IMG/VR virus record: IMGVR_UViG_3300031519_003798
Coordinates: 1 to 26,072 of that record
Length of the DNA stretch: 26,072 bases
Source: a virus
Lineage: Duplodnaviria > Caudoviricetes
Direction: 5' to 3' (one strand)
The notes under the pieces are model-generated. The model did not search any database. It worked only from the letters and a program-made list of their open reading frames with translations, and had not been told where the DNA came from. Within the stretch, counting starts at the first letter, position 1, and each line of letters starts with the position of its first letter. The translations under genes were made by a program, and so were the position numbers. Positions 1 through 6,453 of the stretch are shown piece after piece.

Positions 1-48
1 GGGAAATTTAGGATTTCTTGTTTGAGGGTTCGAGTCCCTCTCTGACTA
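1..48 (+). tRNA. tRNA-Leu(UAG), 3' part (5' end lies outside the window)
   Basis: Anticodon stem GGAAA(2-6)/TTTCT(14-18) with loop TT-TAG-GA. 5-nt variable loop. T-arm GAGGG-TTCGAGT-CCCTC (24-40). Acceptor 3' strand 41-47, discriminator A48. CCA not encoded. Confidence 0.8.
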
Positions 49-76
49 CTTTGGCTACAAATTAAGAAAGGACCAG

Positions 77-796
77 ATGAAGAAATTCTTACAGATAACT
101 CTACTACTACTGCTCGGCCTGCTATGGACTATGGAGTCGCAAGGGCAATCGTTCAGACGTGGAGGTCGAGGTAGAGGTGGAGGAGGGTACTCCGTTACAG
201 AAAATGGGTACATTTGGTATGGCAAAGAATACATTAGAGGAAGAGACTTACCCGCCGACCCAAATTGTCCATGTCCAATGTGCGTTGACTTAGTAAACTC
301 TTACTATGCGGCCCGAAGGGTGAAGAGAAAACAGCCTGTAGTCGTAAAGAAAGAAAACGCTGTAACGAAATTGATTGGCACGCCACATAAAGATATAGAT
401 AAGCTGGTGGACGTGTTCCAAATAAAGGAGGGAAGCGATTTCGTTTTGCTTGACCCCGGATGTGGAGACGCTAGAATTTTGATCCACGCAGTCAAGAAAT
501 ATAGATGTAAAGCGATTGGCATAGAGATAAACGAAGAAACGTACAAAATCGCCCTCGAAAAGGTTAAAGAGGCTGGACTGAAACATAGAATAAAGATTTA
601 CAACGGGGACTCTCGCAAGTTTTCTTGGGAAAAGGCAGACGGAGTTGTAATGTTTTTGTTCCCAGAATTGATTTCCGACTTGACAAAGAGATTTCGTGAT
701 TTAAAATTGGGTGTAAAGGTTGTGTCTTACAGCCACGAGATTCCACTAAAAGGCACTGTCAGGTGCGAAAACATTTACGTTTGGAGGAAAAGATAA
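77..796 (+). CDS. Class I SAM-dependent methyltransferase (FAM173/DOT1-like) with N-terminal signal peptide
   Basis: Motif I LLDPGCGDARIL, motif II AIGIEINE, then GDSRK, DGVVMFL and VVSYSHEI. N-terminus MKKFLQITLLLLLGLLW is Sec-like. RBS AAGGA upstream. Confidence 0.8.
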   Translation: MKKFLQITLLLLLGLLWTMESQGQSFRRGGRGRGGGGYSVTENGYIWYGKEYIRGRDLPADPNCPCPMCVDLVNSYYAARRVKRKQPVVVKKENAVTKLIGTPHKDIDKLVDVFQIKEGSDFVLLDPGCGDARILIHAVKKYRCKAIGIEINEETYKIALEKVKEAGLKHRIKIYNGDSRKFSWEKADGVVMFLFPELISDLTKRFRDLKLGVKVVSYSHEIPLKGTVRCENIYVWRKR

Positions 797-798
797 GG

Positions 799-999
799 AT
801 GGCTATCAACAAACAGCCTAGTCTGAGTGACATTGAAGTTGGAGACACAGTAGAGAGGGTCAATAGTGACTACAAGTTTGTGGGGACTGTTCGCTCTGTG
901 TTTCAAAAGAATAGCGGGTTGACCCGCTTCGTGGTTGAAGATGATCGGGGAGTCCTGTTTATCTGGAACCGAAAGAATTTTGAGAAAGTGAGTGGGTAA
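799..999 (+). CDS. Hypothetical small beta-rich (SH3/KOW-like) phage protein
   Basis: ATG at 799 directly follows the upstream stop and is preferred over 763. Pattern IEVGDTVER...FVGTVRSVF...RFVVED. Confidence 0.65.
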   Translation: MAINKQPSLSDIEVGDTVERVNSDYKFVGTVRSVFQKNSGLTRFVVEDDRGVLFIWNRKNFEKVSG

Positions 1000-1024
1000 A
1001 AATAAATAGGTTTATAGAATACAT

Positions 1025-1355
1025 CTTCTAGACGTTGTGCCTTCGGGTGCGGCGTCTAGGAGCTGTTAAGCATGTAGAATGCTAGCGTTGAAACTTCACA
1101 GGACGCGGACTCGTTATCCGCCGCCTCCACTTTATTTCCGCCGCCTCCATCGGGGTTATCAGTTTTGCACGGGCGGTTATCAGTAATCGGGGGGCGAATT
1201 GATTTGACTGGTCGTGCGAGGCGTTAGTTGCATGTCGTAGTTGACAGAAGGGCTACGTTAAAAATCTGTTAAATTGTAAATGGCGTTAGAAATTTCGCAT
1301 TGGTTGCTTAGGCAATCACGGGGGGTTGCCCGCCCTTGTTATCAAAACGGGCAAT
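1025..1355 (+). ncRNA. ssrA: Circularly permuted (two-piece) tmRNA: acceptor piece ~1025-1129, intervening segment 1130-1189, coding piece 1190-~1355; tag (A)GVRNFALVA*
   Basis: Acceptor stem GGGGGCG(1190-96)/CGCCTCC(1122-28) with G3-U70 and discriminator A1129. T-stem GCGGA/TCCGC. Helix 2 pairs 1220-28/1081-89 and 1229-34/1071-76. PK1 CGTAG/CTACG plus TTGACAGA/TCTGTTAA. Tag frame 1282-1311. H5 hairpin around the stop. PK2 1321-1354. Confidence 0.93.
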
Positions 1356-1389
1356 TTTATGTCAGTATTATCTAATCAAGGGGCGGGTC

Positions 1390-1710
1390 ATGTACGAGTA
1401 TAGTGCCAGAGTAAAACGTGTCGTAGATGGAGACACGGTAGATTTTGTAGTTGATCTTGGATTTAAGATTCAGACAACTATTAGAACAAGGTTTGTTGGA
1501 GTAGACACTCCAGAGAGAGGGCACGAAGATTGGGCTAGGGCAAGCCAAAAGACCGCAGACCTACTCTACTCCGTGGCAGACCTCAGAACGTGGGATGAAG
1601 AGCAGTGGGTAATCATTAAGACCCATAAGACAGGGAAGTATGGTCGATGGTTAGTCGAAATAGAGGGCGTAACTGACGTTCTAGCGAAAATTTGGCCCTA
1701 TGAGAGATAA
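1390..1710 (+). CDS. Thermonuclease (SNase-like) family nuclease
   Basis: MYEYSARVKRVVDGDTVD...DLGF...RFVGVDTPE...GKYGRWL are the SNase motifs of the common phage form. Start set to ATG 1390. Confidence 0.9.
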   Translation: MYEYSARVKRVVDGDTVDFVVDLGFKIQTTIRTRFVGVDTPERGHEDWARASQKTADLLYSVADLRTWDEEQWVIIKTHKTGKYGRWLVEIEGVTDVLAKIWPYER

Positions 1711-1734
1711 TTTTCTAATTTTCCCAAAAAGGGC

Positions 1735-1763
1735 TTGTCAAAAGGGAGAGTCGGGACTATAAT
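1735..1763 (+). promoter_or_regulatory. Sigma70-type promoter
   Basis: TTGTCA-17 bp-TATAAT, intergenic, with an AT-rich UP-like tract upstream. Confidence 0.75.
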
Positions 1764-1800
1764 ACAGTAACCAAAGGTGACTATTTAAAGGAGGGGAAGA

Positions 1801-2025
1801 GTGGTAACAATTGAGGAAATGGCGTCGGCCCATCTACTTAATGTTAAGCGTGAGATTCAAGCGTTAAACGAAAGGAAGACGGCGATTGACAACGAGCTAG
1901 TTAAACTTACAGATTATCTAAGAGAAGGCTCAGATGAAATAGCCAGAGTGTCCTCGACGCAAGCAGTAATACCGAGCTTACCTCAAAACGAGGCGGGTTC
2001 AACGGTTTTTAGTCCAAGTAATTAA
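1801..2025 (+). CDS. Hypothetical coiled-coil protein
   Basis: Strong RBS AAGGAGG before GTG. Heptad pattern in LLNVKREIQALNERKTAIDNELVKL. Confidence 0.7.
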   Translation: MVTIEEMASAHLLNVKREIQALNERKTAIDNELVKLTDYLREGSDEIARVSSTQAVIPSLPQNEAGSTVFSPSN

Positions 2026-2044
2026 AGTAAATTAGGAGAGTAAC

Positions 2045-2407
2045 ATGAATCAAAATTGTTGGAATGGAGCAGGTCGGCTAACTAAGGACGCTGAGTTCTC
2101 TACTACAAAAAAGGGCACGGCAATGTCGAAATTTCGAGTAGCCGTCAATGACCGTCGAAATGACGAAACACTATTTGTAAACATTCTTTGCTTTGGGAAG
2201 ATGGCAGAAAATCTCAACCCGATGCTTACCAAGGGTCGCTGTGTTGCGATCACTGGCAAGTTAAAACTTGACGACTACGAAGATGAAAATCAGGTTAAGA
2301 AGCTGTCGGCATGTATCATGGCAGACGAAATTTCCCTTGGAACTGACCCTTCTCAGATTACTCCACGGGCACAAACTTACTCTGAAGAAGCAGCAGCTTC
2401 GGTGTAA
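2045..2407 (+). CDS. ssb: Single-stranded DNA-binding protein
   Basis: OB-fold SSB motifs GRLTKDAE, FRVAVN, CFGKMAE, KGRCVAITGKL. RBS AGGAG. Confidence 0.92.
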   Translation: MNQNCWNGAGRLTKDAEFSTTKKGTAMSKFRVAVNDRRNDETLFVNILCFGKMAENLNPMLTKGRCVAITGKLKLDDYEDENQVKKLSACIMADEISLGTDPSQITPRAQTYSEEAAASV

Positions 2408-2491
2408 ACCTCTAAATAAAAAGGGTAATGCGAGTTCCTATAAACCCCCCATCTTCGGATGGGATCATCAAATACTCCCCACCCTTCCTAC

Positions 2492-2527
2492 AGCCTCGAC
2501 GAGAAACCCTCGTTGAGGTTTTTTTTT
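2492..2527 (+). terminator. Rho-independent terminator
   Basis: AGCCTCGACGAG/CTCGTTGAGGTT stem followed by a T-run. Confidence 0.85.
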
Positions 2528-2549
2528 CAAATTTTTCTCAAGAAACCCC

Positions 2550-2577
2550 TTGACAATTGCCGATAGGATGGTATAAT
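2550..2577 (+). promoter_or_regulatory. Consensus sigma70 promoter with extended -10
   Basis: TTGACA-16 bp-TATAAT, with TG-n preceding the -10. Lies immediately after a terminator. Confidence 0.85.
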
Positions 2578-2631
2578 GGATCGTAGACAGTTCATATTGG
2601 ATAACAGGGAAATATTGTTAGGAGAATTTGA

Positions 2632-2799
2632 GTGAGTTTTCAACTTGTAATTTCGGTGTTCATTCTAGGGATGGCTTCTCAGGTGCTTTCTGAATACATG
2701 CTAGAAGACGAATCTACGTGGGTATTTATATCTCTGCTGTTTCTAAACGCCAACGTAGGTTTATTCAAATCATTTAAGGAGTTTAGAGATGGGCGTTGA
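2632..2799 (+). CDS. Small two-TM membrane protein (55 aa, not in ORF track)
   Basis: RBS AGGAG (2620-24) then GTG. MSFQLVISVFILGMASQVLSEYMLEDESTWVFISLLFLNANVGLFKSFKEFRDGR*. The stop overlaps the next start. Confidence 0.65.
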   Translation: MSFQLVISVFILGMASQVLSEYMLEDESTWVFISLLFLNANVGLFKSFKEFRDGR

Positions 2800-3238
2800 T
2801 GAACCACAAATGGTACAGACTATTGTTTCCTTCATAGGGGCAGGCTTGGGGGCATTCTTCTTTTTATGCTTCTTTGCTGGACTGGTAGACGAGAGGGTTA
2901 AGCCTTTAAGTTACAAGGGCGAAAACTTAGACGTGGACGATCAAGACCTCTTTGCTATTGGGACCGGCAACGAAGAGTACCTAGCTGCTCACGTTACCCT
3001 CACACCTCGGAGGAAGGCTCAAAAGAAGAGACAACCAAAGAAGGTTGTTTCCCCTCAGACAACCAAGAAGGCTCCTCAGATGGACAGTGGGCTGCTTACC
3101 GACTGCGTGGGTGCCCTAGTAAGTCTAGGAACAAAGAGTGGTGAAGCACGTAAGGCTGCTACTAAGTGTCTAAGAGCAAATCCTCAGATTAAGACGCCAG
3201 AATCCTTTTTAACGGAGATATTTAAACATGGAACTTAA
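2789..3238 (+). CDS. Membrane-anchored protein with C-terminal RuvA domain III-like helical bundle
   Basis: N-terminal TM helix, Lys/Pro-rich linker, then DCVGALVSLGTKSGEARKAA...PESFLTEIF, which resembles RuvA_C. RBS AAGGAG. Confidence 0.65.
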   Translation: MGVDEPQMVQTIVSFIGAGLGAFFFLCFFAGLVDERVKPLSYKGENLDVDDQDLFAIGTGNEEYLAAHVTLTPRRKAQKKRQPKKVVSPQTTKKAPQMDSGLLTDCVGALVSLGTKSGEARKAATKCLRANPQIKTPESFLTEIFKHGT

Positions 3239-3254
3239 TGTTTAGGAGTACAAA

Positions 3255-3389
3255 GTGCCCAGAAAGACCTCACTGCCTTACGTTGAAGACAACATCCAGA
3301 TTCTACACAAACATGTAAACTTGGCAAAACAGTCGTATAGCCAGAACTATTTTATTTTACTCTGCAAGGAAGTCGCTCAATGCAATTAA
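3255..3389 (+). pseudogene. Remnant (C-terminal ~44 aa) of an HNH homing endonuclease
   Basis: PYVEDNIQILHKHVNLAKQSYSQNYFILLCKEVAQCN aligns without gaps to the C-terminus of the HNH at 24898-25638 (GYVEGNVQWIHKDINKCKTDFNQDYFLSLCRMIANNR). Confidence 0.8.
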
Positions 3390-4465
3390 ACGTGCTAGGA
3401 CCGATCAATCAATTAGGATATGGAGTTGCCTGCCTAAATATCGTTAAAGCCCTGTGGGACTTAGACGTGGACGTTTCCTTGTTCCCTATTGGGCAGCCTC
3501 AAGTGACAAACAAAGAAGATGACCTAGCTGTTAAGCGTTTCCTTGACATAGCCACGGCTTACAGTCCAGACGCTCCATCTCTACGTATCTGGCATCAGAA
3601 CTCCCTAGCAGAGCATGTGGGGAGAGGGAAACATATTGGGTTTCCCATCTTTGAATTAGACGAATTTAAACCCATTGAAAGGCATCACATTGCGTCCTGT
3701 GACAAGATTTTTGTATGCTCTGATTGGGCTAGGGGAATTGTTCACGATCAGGTTAAAGTTTGGGACGATAGAGAGCCACCCCCTCGTAAATCTCGCGTTC
3801 CAGACGTGGACGTAGTTCCACTAGGGGTAGACGCTAAGCTATTCCCCCCTACAGCTCCCACTAAAAAAGATAAGATTATCCTCTTTAACTGTGGAAAATG
3901 GGAAGTTCGCAAAGGGCACGACTTCCTTATTGAGGCGTTTCGGATGGCACACGCACATGACCCTAGACTGGAATTGTGGATGATGTGTACAAATCCATTC
4001 AACACTGAACAGGAAGAAGCACAGTGGCGTCAGAGATATAATCACCCTGCGGTGAAGATAATTCCGAGGGCTGAGACACAGAAAGAAGTGTATAATATTA
4101 TGGCACAGACCGACTGTGGAGTGTTTCCTTCTCGTGGAGAAGGGTGGAATCTTGAGCTTTTGGAAATGATGTCGGTGGGTAGGCATGTGATTGCCACTAA
4201 CTATTCCGCTCACACAGAATTTTGTACCAAAGAGAATTGCCGTCTCGTAGACGTTCACGGTACAGAAAGAGCATATGATAACAAATGGTTTTTTGGACAA
4301 GGTAATTGGGCAAAAATTGATGAATCTACTATCTTCGAGCTATCACTGGCTATGCAACTTTTTGCACAGACTTACGAATGGAAAATTAACGAAGCGGGAG
4401 TCAAAACCGCAGAACAATTCAGTTGGGAAAATACAGCCCAAAGAATCATTGAAGGAGCCTTTTAG
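3380..4465 (+). CDS. GT-B fold glycosyltransferase (GT4 family)
   Basis: GYG near the N-terminus, VVPLGVD, GKWEVRKGHDFLIEAF, and FPSRGEGWNLELLEMM (E-x7-E motif). Confidence 0.9.
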   Translation: MQLNVLGPINQLGYGVACLNIVKALWDLDVDVSLFPIGQPQVTNKEDDLAVKRFLDIATAYSPDAPSLRIWHQNSLAEHVGRGKHIGFPIFELDEFKPIERHHIASCDKIFVCSDWARGIVHDQVKVWDDREPPPRKSRVPDVDVVPLGVDAKLFPPTAPTKKDKIILFNCGKWEVRKGHDFLIEAFRMAHAHDPRLELWMMCTNPFNTEQEEAQWRQRYNHPAVKIIPRAETQKEVYNIMAQTDCGVFPSRGEGWNLELLEMMSVGRHVIATNYSAHTEFCTKENCRLVDVHGTERAYDNKWFFGQGNWAKIDESTIFELSLAMQLFAQTYEWKINEAGVKTAEQFSWENTAQRIIEGAF

Positions 4466-4775
4466 GTATGCCAGCATATGTTATGGGATAGATATAGATG
4501 GCAAGATCCTCATCGACGTTGAAATGGAAGACTATTCCCCAGAGACGATTGATAAGTTCTCAACACTGTTTGCGTCCGTGCCGTCCACCCCAGTCCAAGT
4601 TGAAGCAATCTCTATCTTGCAGACAGCTTTTGATATAGACGATAGGGGTTTAGAGTTTGAGGAATTTGCAAAAGGTGCAATGCTGAAATCTGCAATGCTC
4701 GTGCAAGAAGAGGAAGGTTTGAAATTGGACAGCTACACAACAGACCCGTTAATCAAACCAACAGACCTACTTTAG
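4449..4775 (+). CDS. Hypothetical acidic protein (start uncertain)
   Basis: 3' part of ORF 4275-4775 fills the gap after the GT. TTG 4449 is the nearest plausible start. Confidence 0.6.
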   Translation: MKEPFRYASICYGIDIDGKILIDVEMEDYSPETIDKFSTLFASVPSTPVQVEAISILQTAFDIDDRGLEFEEFAKGAMLKSAMLVQEEEGLKLDSYTTDPLIKPTDLL

Positions 4776-4786
4776 AGGGTTTTACG

Positions 4787-5236
4787 ATGAATATGAACAA
4801 AATAGGGTGGCAAAAGTACGAAGATTTACTTCAGAGTCAAATGGAGTCTCCGTTTCTTGAGTACCTATATAGTCAGGCGTCCGGGGGAGATCACGGTGAC
4901 TCTCATGAAGAATCAAGTCCCTACGAAGACGAGGAGGAACAAGGCCAAGGACAGCTTTTAATTCCCGCCAGCGAAAAGGTTATGGATAGTATATCTCTAT
5001 CTACAAACTTTAACTGCTGGATGGGATATACCAATTTCAATCTTACAGGAGAAATTCAAGATAAGCTGAGTAAAATGGACGGGATAGAAGCGTTAAAAAT
5101 CTGTGGAAGATATAGGTTTTTCATAGGTGTAGGAAAAATGTTTGACTTCACGGAAGTCAGGAGTGCAATAGAAAAGTCCCTTGGGGACGCTATAGGAGAA
5201 TCGAAGAATGAGCAAGAAGATAGACAAGTACCTTAA
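4787..5236 (+). CDS. Hypothetical phage protein
   Basis: 149-aa ORF in an operon. Acidic linker followed by an ordered alpha/beta C-terminal part. Confidence 0.75.
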   Translation: MNMNKIGWQKYEDLLQSQMESPFLEYLYSQASGGDHGDSHEESSPYEDEEEQGQGQLLIPASEKVMDSISLSTNFNCWMGYTNFNLTGEIQDKLSKMDGIEALKICGRYRFFIGVGKMFDFTEVRSAIEKSLGDAIGESKNEQEDRQVP

Positions 5237-5681
5237 TGATCCTGACGTTATGAGCATTGCTTACAGTGCCGCATCCTCATTTTCCCCATCTCTTTCAAAG
5301 GATGAGATTCAAAGTTGTATCCTGAACGCTCTCTGGAGAGCGATGAACAGGTATAATAAGCGAAATAAGATAAAATTTACGTCATATCTTCATAATGGGG
5401 TGGTTTTTGAGTGTTTAAGCCAACGAAAGTTCAATAAATCCAAGAAACAAGCCACTTTACACGACAATATAGAGGACGAAAGAGACCCTGTTGCCGAAAT
5501 TGACATGATGGACACTATTCACGCCAAGTGTGAAGATCCCACGCTTGTAGTGGACAGATTCTACAAAAACATGACGATCAAGGAGTTAGCGAAGGATAGG
5601 GGAGTTTGCGGGGAAACTATTCGGATTCGTTTGAAAAAAAATCTGGATAAACTGCGATCTTCGCTGTCAAATAGTGTATAA
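5208..5681 (+). CDS. Phage-type RNA polymerase sigma factor (sigma70 region 2 plus region 4 HTH)
   Basis: ALWRAMNRY...KFTSYL (region 2-like) and RFYKNMTIKELAKDRGVCGETIRIRLKKNLDKLR (region 4 HTH). RBS AGGAG. Confidence 0.8.
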   Translation: MSKKIDKYLNDPDVMSIAYSAASSFSPSLSKDEIQSCILNALWRAMNRYNKRNKIKFTSYLHNGVVFECLSQRKFNKSKKQATLHDNIEDERDPVAEIDMMDTIHAKCEDPTLVVDRFYKNMTIKELAKDRGVCGETIRIRLKKNLDKLRSSLSNSV

Positions 5682-5683
5682 TA
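5674..5683 (+). promoter_or_regulatory. Candidate -10-only (late-type) promoter GTGTATAATA
   Basis: Overlaps the sigma gene stop and precedes an 80-nt leader and a strong RBS. No good -35 element. A similar GTGTATAGTA lies at 24851. Confidence 0.5.
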
Positions 5684-5764
5684 GAGTACGGGAACTGGAA
5701 CTACAGATTTAGGACATGGACAATCTCAAAACTTTTTTAATTTTTTACTTTCAAGGAGATTTTT

Positions 5765-6424
5765 ATGTCTACTGTACGACCATCTGGTGCTGGCGACGAA
5801 GCTGTTGGTACCGGAGAAGTTAGGGATGGTGGTTCCATCATCAAAGGGGGCACGCCTGCGAGCGACAGCCCTATGACGAAGAGTTTTGCTCTTTCTGAAT
5901 TGGCTAATGACCAAGGTTCGGCCTATGGGTCTAAGGTTATTGCCAAAGTCGGTACTGGAAGTCAGTACACCGACAGAGTTGGTATTTCTGGTGCTGTTGC
6001 GGGTGCTGTGGTTGGTGGAACAACCGAGCTTGGCTATAAAGCCGACGCAACCGAATGGGTTGTTCAGGGCGGTAACGTCACAACAACCCTTGCTGGGAAC
6101 GCATATACCGGCCTTGTGGGTGGTGCTGCTGGTCCTGACCCAACGAGAGGCTCTACAATGCAATCTTCTGGTACTCACCTGTTGGGTACTGTCGCTGTAG
6201 ATGTACTAGCCGCACCTGCGTCTGGTATCAATTCGTTCGTCACAAAGAGTGGAAATACTGGAGTTGCTTCCGACTTCGTTCGTCCAAGTGGTGCTGGGGA
6301 TGAGGCTTCTGCCGACTCTGCTGCTAACGCGACCCTTTCAATTCCCGGTGAACTTACCTACATGTTTGGTGGCAAGTTGGCTCAGACTGACAACTACAAA
6401 GCACGAGACGCTGCTGAATCCTAA
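5765..6424 (+). CDS. Gly/Ala/Thr-rich putative virion structural protein
   Basis: Small-residue-rich composition, strong RBS AAGGAG, GGT/GCT-biased codons, and a duplicated VRPSGAGDEA decapeptide. Confidence 0.6.
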   Translation: MSTVRPSGAGDEAVGTGEVRDGGSIIKGGTPASDSPMTKSFALSELANDQGSAYGSKVIAKVGTGSQYTDRVGISGAVAGAVVGGTTELGYKADATEWVVQGGNVTTTLAGNAYTGLVGGAAGPDPTRGSTMQSSGTHLLGTVAVDVLAAPASGINSFVTKSGNTGVASDFVRPSGAGDEASADSAANATLSIPGELTYMFGGKLAQTDNYKARDAAES

Positions 6425-6453
6425 GCCGAACCATTCTCTAAGGATTCAGTATT

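Noticed and set aside
7-13. TAG in the anticodon loop read as an amber suppressor or a sign of recoding
   Set aside because: Anticodon UAG reads CUA (Leu), whereas a suppressor would have anticodon CUA. TAG, TGA and TAA all end full-length genes here, so the standard code applies.
1105-1130. Stand-alone tRNA-Ala or tRNA pseudogene
   Set aside because: There is no anticodon arm or upstream acceptor strand. Its partner strand is at 1190, so it belongs to the permuted tmRNA.
1336-1389. N-terminal extension of the nuclease given in the ORF track
   Set aside because: It overlaps tmRNA PK2, and the family-typical start MYEY is at 1390.
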